Shown piece after piece: positions 56,278-64,000 of a stretch of 64,000 nt of DNA (positions within the stretch are counted from its first letter, which is position 1; each line of letters opens with the position of its first letter). This stretch comes from Polyangia bacterium. GTDB taxonomy: Bacteria > Myxococcota_A > Polyangia > Palsa-1104 > JAEUJZ01. The translations under genes were made by a program, and so were the position numbers. A model generated the notes under the pieces. The model searched no databases. It was not told where the DNA came from and was given only the letters and a program-made list of their open reading frames with translations. The stretch covers positions 3,177 to 67,176 of the forward strand of contig JBGAUT010000004.1 in the NCBI GenBank assembly GCA_044228505.1. Direction: 5' to 3'.

Positions 56278-58389
56278 TCAAGCAGAAGGACTTTCCGACG
56301 CGGCTTTGGCTTCGAGAACTCGCCGCCAGCGGCTCTGCACACCCATCCGTAGCAAACCCGACCGCAACGCCAGAAGCAGGCTCGCCAGCGCAAAGAATGC
56401 CGTGCCGATGAGCTGCACCACCGGACGCCACAGCATCACCGCTTGCACGGCGCGACCCTCGCTCGACAGCCGCTCACGCTGGAAATGGCTACGCGTAGCA
56501 CCCATGGGAATCGTCTCACGCGGCGGTAGACCCTGATAAGCGGGAGGCTTCGGTGTGGTCGCACGGTCCAGCTCACTGTCGCTCGACTCTTTGCCCACGG
56601 CGGCTCTGCGCGAGTAGCTGACGCTCGGGCCATCTTGCGCCGAGGGCACAGCGGCGCGATCGCCCAGCACAAGCACCCCGACGAGTAGCGCCCAAACCCC
56701 CCCAAGACACAGCCCACCGAAGATGAGCCAGAAAATCCGCTTCTGACCAAACAGCCACGGCAACACATACAGCCCTGCGACCAGCATCTCGGTAAGCAGC
56801 AGCAGTGCCAAAAACAGTCCCATCGACGCCGCAGCCGCCCCGAGCAGCAGCGCGATTGCTGTCCGCAGCCCCCTTGTGAGCCCCAACGCGAGCAGCAGCC
56901 GCTCCGCCACCGCAATCAGCGCGAGCAGCACGATCAGCTCGCCGAGAGACACCGCTGGGAAACGGACATCGGGAGATAGCTCCTCGAACACCGGCAACCA
57001 GTCACGGTCGTAGCGCAACTGAATGTGAGCCGATGCCGCCGGTGCCGCCAGCTCCGGCAACCACAATGTGGCAATACCCAGCCCCAGCGTCCGCTGGAAC
57101 GACTGTCGATGCTGAAGCTGAACCGCCTGGAGTCCTTGCGAAAGCGGCAGCAGCAGCGCGCCGGTCTCGTTCTTGGTAAGCAGCATTGGATCGCCCTGCA
57201 AGCTGGCGTAGGTTGGCTCACCGCGCAGCGGCACTTGCAGCTCGGCCGCCCCTTGGTTGTCCAGCTCCAGCGCCGTCTCACCCAGCACCTGCCCATCGCT
57301 GCCCAGGAAGAACGTGGTACTCGCCGACGTCACTGCGTAGCTCTGCGTTCGCAGCGCCTCAAGTCGAACCACCCGCCAGGACAGCACTTGACGATCCTCG
57401 ACGAGAAACCCCTGCGCGCCACGGTACTGCGGGGTCAGACCGGTTTCACTGACACTGATTCGCTGAGCCACCGTCTCGACAGCCGGTCGGAGCAGCGGAT
57501 GGCTGTCGAGCAGCAGATAGTGCACGCTGGCCTGGACCGGTGGCCGGAACGCGGTCGAGGGTAAGCTACCGTGCAGGGTAAGGGTGTGCTCGCCGGGAGG
57601 TACGTTGCAGGCGTACTCTCCCGCTTGCTGCTCGCAGGAGATCGCCGCATCGAGCCGCTGCACCCGTTCACCGTTGCGCGGTGACACCGAAAAGCGCTGG
57701 TGAGAGCGGTTTGGGTTGCGCACCAGCAGCGTGTAAGCAAAGCCCACACCATCCGGCGACAATGTAATGTGATATCGTCCAATCGCCGACACCGGCAGCG
57801 CTTTTTCGGCCTGATCCTTGGTGATATGAACGACGGTGAGCCGCTGCTTGCCGCCCTCTTCTTCATCTCGAATCAGCTCGCCGTCTCGAACCTGCGAGTC
57901 AATCCACAACACCTGTGGCGAGGTCGAAAGCTGCAGTCGATCCCCGCCCATCAGCGCGACCTGACAGCGCAGCGAAAAGCGTGGCAGCAGTGGTGTCAGC
58001 TCGTACCTGTCGGAACCGCCTCGCGACAAAATGGCGTCGCCCTCGCAGCCCCACAGCCGAGTTCCCGCAAAGGTCGCCAAGACCTCGACCGTGGGACCAC
58101 TGCCTGCGGTGCGTCCGGTCAGCGTCACCGCTAGATTGCGCGCCTCGAAGCTACCTTCCAAGCGCAGCGTCTCGACGACGGTCACCGCTGGCCGCGACAT
58201 AAGCTGCTGATATTCCGACAGCGGCAAGGTCACCTGGGAGGGGGAACCAGCCACGGTCGTGGAAACCTCGGCAGGCTTCTTTGGCACGGACACTGGTGCC
58301 GGAAGTACCGGCCCGGCCTGAGCCACTGCGGCATGCAGCAGCGATAGAAAAACGAGCGTCACAGCAAGCGGCTTGGGTCGAGTCACCAT
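56278..58389 (-). CDS. Large hypothetical secreted/membrane protein (signal peptide, beta-rich ectodomain, C-terminal multi-TM region)
   Basis: Signal LAVTLVFLSLLHAAVAQA. Hydrophobic helices clustered at aa about 470-590 and 640-670. No recognisable domain. Confidence 0.5.
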   Translation of the reverse strand: MVTRPKPLAVTLVFLSLLHAAVAQAGPVLPAPVSVPKKPAEVSTTVAGSPSQVTLPLSEYQQLMSRPAVTVVETLRLEGSFEARNLAVTLTGRTAGSGPTVEVLATFAGTRLWGCEGDAILSRGGSDRYELTPLLPRFSLRCQVALMGGDRLQLSTSPQVLWIDSQVRDGELIRDEEEGGKQRLTVVHITKDQAEKALPVSAIGRYHITLSPDGVGFAYTLLVRNPNRSHQRFSVSPRNGERVQRLDAAISCEQQAGEYACNVPPGEHTLTLHGSLPSTAFRPPVQASVHYLLLDSHPLLRPAVETVAQRISVSETGLTPQYRGAQGFLVEDRQVLSWRVVRLEALRTQSYAVTSASTTFFLGSDGQVLGETALELDNQGAAELQVPLRGEPTYASLQGDPMLLTKNETGALLLPLSQGLQAVQLQHRQSFQRTLGLGIATLWLPELAAPAASAHIQLRYDRDWLPVFEELSPDVRFPAVSLGELIVLLALIAVAERLLLALGLTRGLRTAIALLLGAAAASMGLFLALLLLTEMLVAGLYVLPWLFGQKRIFWLIFGGLCLGGVWALLVGVLVLGDRAAVPSAQDGPSVSYSRRAAVGKESSDSELDRATTPKPPAYQGLPPRETIPMGATRSHFQRERLSSEGRAVQAVMLWRPVVQLIGTAFFALASLLLALRSGLLRMGVQSRWRRVLEAKAASESPSA

Positions 58390-58431
58390 GGCTTCACACT
58401 ACACCGGCTAGAAGCAATCGAATCGAATCGG

Positions 58432-60099
58432 CTAGTAGGTCACAAGCGCTGTCATTCCCAGCAGTGATGGACTCATCGAGGTCGAGACTTGCACCTGCTG
58501 CTTGGCACCAGGTAGCGCCACCGTCACCATGCCACCGGCAATCGCCGCCAGTCCGAGCGCTATCAGCCCACCACCGACTCTTCCGGTGTCGTAGACCTGC
58601 TGGCAAACCGTTTGGCCCTCACCGCAGATCGGATTAAGCACCGGCTTGCCGTTGGCCAGCAGCGCGGAGATGCCAAAACCAAGGCTCACACCACCTAGAC
58701 CGATAAGGCTGCCACCGAGCGCCAGTCGCCAGTTGGGACGTCGCATGACCTCGGTACGGTACACCGGTGCCTTGACCACCGGCGGCGGCAGCTTTGGATC
58801 AGGCTCTGGCACATCGTCGCCCGGCTTCGACAGCACCGCATCGACCTGCGCAACCTGACCCGCTTCGATGGTAACCGTCGAAGAAAATGGCGGCTGACCG
58901 AGCAAGCGCAGTTCGAGCGGCACCGAGCCCACGAACCGACTGGCTTTATACGGCGTCACCCCCACCTTCTCTCCGCCAAGGAAGACATCTGCGCCGCTGG
59001 GCTTCGACGAAATTTCGACCGAGCCCCGGGCACGACTCGCCGACTGCTGAACCACCGTGCCAAGCGTCGTCGAGGCGCTCTGAAAAGCCTGCTCTAGTGC
59101 GCAGTCATCACAGCGGACCGAACTTTTTCCCGCGACGTCCCCGACCGAAGGATCGAACACCTCGACATCAAACTGCCAGCTCGCTTTGTCGACGGTGGGA
59201 ACTTGACCAGCCGGGGGCGTGGACGCTGGTCCCGTCACAGCAGGAACCCGCTTCGCCCGCACCCGCAGCACATACAGTGCCTCATTGGCGTTGGCCAGCT
59301 CGGCGAGACAGCTCGCGGTCTGCAAACAGTCGGAAAGCTGCGGCTTGAGCTTGAGCGCCTTATCCCCCGGCACCACCACCTGCCGATCCTTCGCCAGGAC
59401 TTTCCCGACCGCTTGCGTCAACGACTTCTGATTCTCGGCCGTAAAATCTCCGTCGAGAAGTAGCACCAGCGCGGGCGGCACGGAGACCACCACCGTGCCG
59501 GTCTTTTGGTTGAAGCGCATCTCGACGGTCTGGCCGGGTAGCGCCTTGACCTGTTCCTCGATCCGCTGCTCCCCCAGCTCGACGATGATCCGATGGTTTC
59601 CTGACTCCAGCAGCAGTGGCAGTGGCAGTGGCAGCGCTCCGACGAGGTGATCATCGACCACGACCCACGCCCCGCGTGCCCCAAGTACGTTGACTTCTCC
59701 AGCCGGTGCCGAGACGAGCTGAGATATTCGCTGTGCTTCCTTCTGATCTGGGCCTTCCTCATCGCCTGCTGTCTCGTGCAAGTAGCGCCGCATGACGTCC
59801 TGAGCGGCCACCATCCGGCCTTCCGCTTCCGCCAGCTTGCCGAGCTGAAACAACACTTCTGCCGAGGGATTTTTGCGATACGCGTCCTCGAACAGAGCCT
59901 TCGCTGGCTCGACGGTCTTGGCGCTCAGTGCAGCCTTACCGTCGGTCAGGAGCTTCGATGCCTGCTGGACATCTTCAGCACTCGCTTTGGGCTTCCGTGA
60001 GCTACGCGCCAGGGCCGTCGCTCCATCGAGACTCAGGCTTGCCACAATCCCCCACGTCAGCAGGGCTTTCCCGATGGTACGCGACGCTCTCATGGGCAA
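58432..60099 (-). CDS. PEGA-domain protein with signal peptide, TPR-like N-region and C-terminal TM segment
   Basis: PEGA-like blocks NHRIIVELGEQRIEEQV and GSVEISSKPSGADVFLGGEKVGVTPY. Start overlaps the upstream kinase stop by 10 nt. Confidence 0.6.
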   Translation of the reverse strand: MPMRASRTIGKALLTWGIVASLSLDGATALARSSRKPKASAEDVQQASKLLTDGKAALSAKTVEPAKALFEDAYRKNPSAEVLFQLGKLAEAEGRMVAAQDVMRRYLHETAGDEEGPDQKEAQRISQLVSAPAGEVNVLGARGAWVVVDDHLVGALPLPLPLLLESGNHRIIVELGEQRIEEQVKALPGQTVEMRFNQKTGTVVVSVPPALVLLLDGDFTAENQKSLTQAVGKVLAKDRQVVVPGDKALKLKPQLSDCLQTASCLAELANANEALYVLRVRAKRVPAVTGPASTPPAGQVPTVDKASWQFDVEVFDPSVGDVAGKSSVRCDDCALEQAFQSASTTLGTVVQQSASRARGSVEISSKPSGADVFLGGEKVGVTPYKASRFVGSVPLELRLLGQPPFSSTVTIEAGQVAQVDAVLSKPGDDVPEPDPKLPPPVVKAPVYRTEVMRRPNWRLALGGSLIGLGGVSLGFGISALLANGKPVLNPICGEGQTVCQQVYDTGRVGGGLIALGLAAIAGGMVTVALPGAKQQVQVSTSMSPSLLGMTALVTY

Positions 60100-63000
60100 C
60101 CCTTGACCTCGATCGTTTCCTGCGGGCGCACCTGCACCATTTGTCCGCCGCCGACGTTCACCCGATGTCGACCCGGAGGCATCCAGATGTCTTCGGTCTG
60201 GCAGCGCCCCGCGACAACTTTGCTCACTCGCAGCCGACCGACATGTGGTGCCACCCGCTTCATCGCGTCGCTGACCGCTTTGTGACCGTCGGATTTCACT
60301 TTGCCGAAAAAGCCCGGCTGTTGGATCTTGTCATACTCGGTCATGGCCTGCGCCCAGGCTTCCTGAGCTTCGTAGGTCTGTCCGAGGTGAAACGATAGCT
60401 CATATCCGACGGCGGCGCAGACGGCTTTGTCTTCCTTTTTGCGGGTACACTGGGTGCTCGCTTTTTCGAGCAGCTTGCGCGCCTTGCGGTAGTCCTTCCG
60501 AGAGTACGCCTCAACGCCAGCACGAACCATGTCGGTAAGCTGCGAGGCCGCTATCTTGATGGTGACGGTCGCACCCGCCGTGACAGTGACTTCTTGCTGG
60601 CCACCGGGATAGGTGATGCGGTGCTCACCGACACTGACCTCGACAGGCTTGTTCCCTATGACATAGGGCTGCTGCTTGTCGATCTGGACCTGGGTACCCG
60701 CTGGCCCCTCGAAGTGGAGGAACCCTTTTTCGTTGCCGATCGGCGTCGGTGGCGGCTCCGTTCCAACTGCACCACCGTCGGGTGACGGGGTCGGGTTTGG
60801 GTCGCCAGCCGGGACCGCATTCGATCGCTTCGTCTCGATGACGCGGGTCGGTTCCGTCACTGGCTTGTCCGCAGCAGATCCTGCCCGCTGGAGCTTGGCT
60901 AGCACCGTCAAAGCCCGCTCCCGCAGCGCCGGATCGCTGTCCCGTGTAAGCACCCGCACCACCGCCAAGCCTGGATGCGGCCCGCCAGCCGTTGCCTCAA
61001 GTTGCGCGGCGCTGTCGAGAGCCTGACCTCGGACGAGCACGCTCGGATCACGTGCTGCCTTCTGTAACAGCGGCACCGCCTGTTTTGCTGGCCAGCCCCC
61101 GAGTGCCTCGACCGTCGAGCGTCTGACTTCGACATCACTCGAATACAGCGCTGCGGTCACCGATTCTGCTTTGATTTCTTGCGTCGGCTTTTCCCCGAGC
61201 CGCTGGAGAGCGGACTGCGCCCACACCGCCTCGGCCCCACCCCGGGCAATCGCCTCGTTGAGCAGTGCCAGACCCGCTCGGCTTCCGGCCCGGGCCAGCG
61301 ACACAGCCGCCCGCAGTCGCGTGCCCACAGCCGCTTTTTCATCCCCAACGATCTTGGTCAACCAGTCGAGCTTGGTCTGTGGCACCTCATCGCTCATCTC
61401 GACGGCCATCGCTTGGGCTTCGGCGTCACCGGTCGCCACCATCCGCACGACTTCTTTGGACTGAGTCTGATCTCCGAGAGCGACCATCGCCGCTGCCCGA
61501 GCCACCTGCTCACCGGAGCTGCCCTGACCTGAGCCTTTCTTGAGCGCATCCATCAGCGAGCCCTTCATGGTCGTATCCGACGAAGCCAACTGGGATGCTT
61601 TGGCAATTGCCCGCATCATCTGGGTTCGTACGGGGGCACTTTGGTCACTGAGTCCCTCGGCCAGCGCCGCGATCGCGTCTTTGCCACCGATTCGAGCCAG
61701 CGAGTCCGCGGCGGCCCGCCGAACCTCTTCCCGGTTGTCACGCATCGCCTTGCGCAGTAGTGGCATGGCTTGCGGGGCGCTCACGTCACCAAGTGCCGCC
61801 ACCGCTTGCGCACGAACATTCCAGTCTTCGTCTCCCAAGGCTTGCTCTGCCCAGCTCACGCTCCGCTCCGCCAGCACCAAGGGATCTCCATCGCACAGCT
61901 TCAGTAGCGCCCCCGCCTCGGCCTGTCGCAAAATTCCGCTTCGCTCGCCACCGCGCAGCGTCTGCGACAGCTTGGTCACGTCCTGTTTATCGCCACAGTG
62001 CCCGATTCCTTGCGCCGCTAAGATCCGCTGTGGCATGCCTGCTCCCGTCGTCCACAGCGTCGTGCGCAAGGCCGGCTGACCACTCTGGTCCTCGATGAGA
62101 CAGAGCGCGTGCGCGGCGTTCACTTGCAGCGCGCCCGGTTGCACCGCCACCTCGGACAGGAGCCCCCGCGCTCGATCATCCCCGAGTGCAGCGAGCAGGG
62201 ACGCGACCCGGATCTGACGAGGATGACTGGGAATGCCGTCGGGTAAAATTTGGACGAGCTGGGTCTTCGCCTCGCCATCGCCGATCTGTGCTCGGCGGCT
62301 TAAAATTTCGACCCGGTTATCGTCAGTGGGCTTGGCTTGCCCGAGTCGGACCTCGACCAGCTTTTTGGCCTTGTCGTCACCTAGATCGAGGAGCGCCAGC
62401 GCCGCCTGAAGCTGAACCTGTGGATAACGTTCTTCGTCGAGGGATTTACTCAGCAAGCTACGCCCCGCCGGTGCCCCGAGCTTGGCCAGCGACTCTCCTA
62501 GCGCCACAATCACGATCGGATCGCCGCCTTCATCTGCACGATGCAGAAGCGCAGCCGTCGCCGCACGATTGCCGATCACCCCAAGCGCCCGGGCCGCCTG
62601 CATCTGCACTTGAGGATCGGCATCCCGCAGTCGCCCTTCGAGTAAGCTCCGGTGCCGACTGTCGCGACTGTCTTCCAGTGCCCCCACCGCCTGCCCCCGT
62701 ACCGCCGGATCTCCATCGCCCAGACCCTCTTGCAGGATTTTCAGCGCCAGCGACCGCAGCGACACCATGTCGATCTCTTCGACGCGCCCCCGTCCGCGCA
62801 GCTTGTCGAGGAGGAGATAGCTTCCGATGGCAATCGCACACAGTACAAAGGGCAGCATCGCCAGCGCGATGAACCGCCGACGCCGAGGTACCTCGACCTG
62901 CGGCAGCGACGATAGGGTCAGGTGCTTGTTGAGGCCCGCCGTGGTCTGTTCGCCACGTTGCAGCCTCTCCAAGTCCTGCATCAGCTCCGTCACCGAGGCA

Positions 63001-63815
63001 TAGCGCTCGTCTGCTGACTTGGCGAGCAGCTTGGCCAAGATCGGTGCCAGCGCCTGCGGAATTCCCCACTGCTGCGTGTCCGCTGGCAGCGGCGGTACCG
63101 TCTTCTGCAAGTGCCCGATGAGCACCTCACCGAGCGTCTCTCCTCCGAACGGGAGCTTTCCTGTACACATCTCGTACAGGATCACACCAACGGCATACAG
63201 GTCCGTTCGCACGTCCACTTTGCCGCCGTTGATTTGCTCGGGAGCCATGTAAAAGGGCGTGCCTACCAGCGTGCCGGTGCGGGTCAACTTCATCGACTCA
63301 CCCTCGACACCAACCGTCTTAGCAATACCGAAGTCGACCAACTTGACCAGCGGCGGCTCTCCTGCCCGCTCGACGAGAAACAGGTTGTCGGGCTTCAGAT
63401 CCCGATGGACGATTCCAGCTTGGTGGGCGGCGGCCAGACCGGCACAAAGCTGACGGGCAATCTGCATCACCTCACGAAACGGCAGCCGCTTCTTTTCGAG
63501 TAGGCCCGACAGCGCCTGTCCCGACAGGTGCTCCATCACGTAGTAGAGTCGTCCGTCGGGAAGCTCGCCGATGTCGAAGATGTCGATCAGGTTTTGGTGC
63601 CGCACCCGCGCAATCAGACGAGCTTCTTGTCGGAAACGTTCGACGGCTTCCTGGTTGTTCATGATCTCGCGGCGCAACACCTTGAACGCCGTGCGATGCC
63701 CGAGTGTGCGGTGCTCGGCGGCATAGACTTCGCCCATTCCACCTTCGCCGAGCAGTTTGACGATCTTGTAGTCGCCAACGGTCTGCCCGATCAGGCTCTT
63801 TATCTCATCGGACAT
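60090..63815 (-). CDS. Ser/Thr protein kinase with TM helix, HEAT (PBS-lyase-like) repeat array and C-terminal PEGA domain
   Basis: GEGGMGEVYAA, AFKVL, HRDLKPDNLF, DFGIAK, GTPFYMAPEQ. TM FIALAMLPFVLCAIAIGSYLL. Repeated DP.VR..A..ALG HEAT units. PEGA-like block TQVQIDKQQPYVIGNKPVEVSVGEH near the C-terminus. Confidence 0.9.
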   Translation of the reverse strand: MSDEIKSLIGQTVGDYKIVKLLGEGGMGEVYAAEHRTLGHRTAFKVLRREIMNNQEAVERFRQEARLIARVRHQNLIDIFDIGELPDGRLYYVMEHLSGQALSGLLEKKRLPFREVMQIARQLCAGLAAAHQAGIVHRDLKPDNLFLVERAGEPPLVKLVDFGIAKTVGVEGESMKLTRTGTLVGTPFYMAPEQINGGKVDVRTDLYAVGVILYEMCTGKLPFGGETLGEVLIGHLQKTVPPLPADTQQWGIPQALAPILAKLLAKSADERYASVTELMQDLERLQRGEQTTAGLNKHLTLSSLPQVEVPRRRRFIALAMLPFVLCAIAIGSYLLLDKLRGRGRVEEIDMVSLRSLALKILQEGLGDGDPAVRGQAVGALEDSRDSRHRSLLEGRLRDADPQVQMQAARALGVIGNRAATAALLHRADEGGDPIVIVALGESLAKLGAPAGRSLLSKSLDEERYPQVQLQAALALLDLGDDKAKKLVEVRLGQAKPTDDNRVEILSRRAQIGDGEAKTQLVQILPDGIPSHPRQIRVASLLAALGDDRARGLLSEVAVQPGALQVNAAHALCLIEDQSGQPALRTTLWTTGAGMPQRILAAQGIGHCGDKQDVTKLSQTLRGGERSGILRQAEAGALLKLCDGDPLVLAERSVSWAEQALGDEDWNVRAQAVAALGDVSAPQAMPLLRKAMRDNREEVRRAAADSLARIGGKDAIAALAEGLSDQSAPVRTQMMRAIAKASQLASSDTTMKGSLMDALKKGSGQGSSGEQVARAAAMVALGDQTQSKEVVRMVATGDAEAQAMAVEMSDEVPQTKLDWLTKIVGDEKAAVGTRLRAAVSLARAGSRAGLALLNEAIARGGAEAVWAQSALQRLGEKPTQEIKAESVTAALYSSDVEVRRSTVEALGGWPAKQAVPLLQKAARDPSVLVRGQALDSAAQLEATAGGPHPGLAVVRVLTRDSDPALRERALTVLAKLQRAGSAADKPVTEPTRVIETKRSNAVPAGDPNPTPSPDGGAVGTEPPPTPIGNEKGFLHFEGPAGTQVQIDKQQPYVIGNKPVEVSVGEHRITYPGGQQEVTVTAGATVTIKIAASQLTDMVRAGVEAYSRKDYRKARKLLEKASTQCTRKKEDKAVCAAVGYELSFHLGQTYEAQEAWAQAMTEYDKIQQPGFFGKVKSDGHKAVSDAMKRVAPHVGRLRVSKVVAGRCQTEDIWMPPGRHRVNVGGGQMVQVRPQETIEVKGCP

Positions 63816-64000
63816 GACTTTCCTTCTCGGCGATAGCGATCAGCGACGCTGCCGCAGTGAGACGCAGCCCAGCGTCGGGCGATAGCAAAAGTGGCACGAG
63901 CTGTCCCTCTGCGGACTTACTTTTCGGCCCCAAGGAACCAAGGGCGGCGATGGCCCGTTGGCGATAAGGTTCGTTATCGAGCAGTTTGCGTAGCTCGTCG
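63805..64000 (-). CDS. Partial (3' end only) HEAT-repeat protein whose stop overlaps the kinase start (ATGtccgaTGA). Continues beyond the window.
   Basis: Hand translation of the minus strand gives ...PYRQRAIAALGSLGPKSKSAEGQLVPLLLSPDAGLRLTAAASLIAIAEKESHVR*. Open to the window edge. Confidence 0.35.
   Translation of the reverse strand, partial: DELRKLLDNEPYRQRAIAALGSLGPKSKSAEGQLVPLLLSPDAGLRLTAAASLIAIAEKESHVR

Noticed and set aside
63528-63836. 102-aa plus-strand ORF at the kinase 5' end
   Set aside because: It is antisense to the well-supported kinase N-terminal domain and has no independent support.

Overview
This is a high-GC (about 65-70%) bacterial chromosome segment that looks myxobacterial. 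The signs are eukaryote-like Ser/Thr kinases with HEAT/PEGA modules, PEGA proteins, a degenerate kinase-PEGA protein, an ElbD-like ether-lipid megasynthase, many lipoproteins and pervasive antisense ORFs caused by GC bias. Most of the window is core and envelope metabolism. Recognisable genes include panB, hutH, an FtsB-like septum protein translationally abutting a GAF-GGDEF diguanylate cyclase, nagZ, rsmE, glpK, rho, a MoxR-DUF58-BatA trio, and APC permease, Omp85/BamA-like, DedA, SDR, 3beta-HSD-like epimerase, GT-C glycosyltransferase, hemolysin-III and lipase I.1/I.2 genes. Several N-termini in the ORF track are over-extended and were re-called from signal peptides or motif starts. The most interesting locus is a roughly 2 kb islet at 34230-36240 whose GC is visibly lower than its flanks. 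It encodes a compact ABC/SMC-type (AAA_21/AAA_15-like) ATPase immediately followed by a 207-aa protein with a PD-(D/E)xK-like nuclease signature, and it is preceded by 4.5 copies of a 42-bp tandem repeat that each carry a hairpin. I read this as a candidate undescribed two-gene anti-phage or abortive-infection module. Other notable items are a 1295-aa secreted protein built from about 55-60 tandem 18-20-aa 'LPLF' repeats with a small secreted partner, and a 1520-aa FAR-AMP ligase-ACP-AGPAT fusion resembling ElbD. No rRNA, tRNA, CRISPR array, transposase or integrase was recognised.
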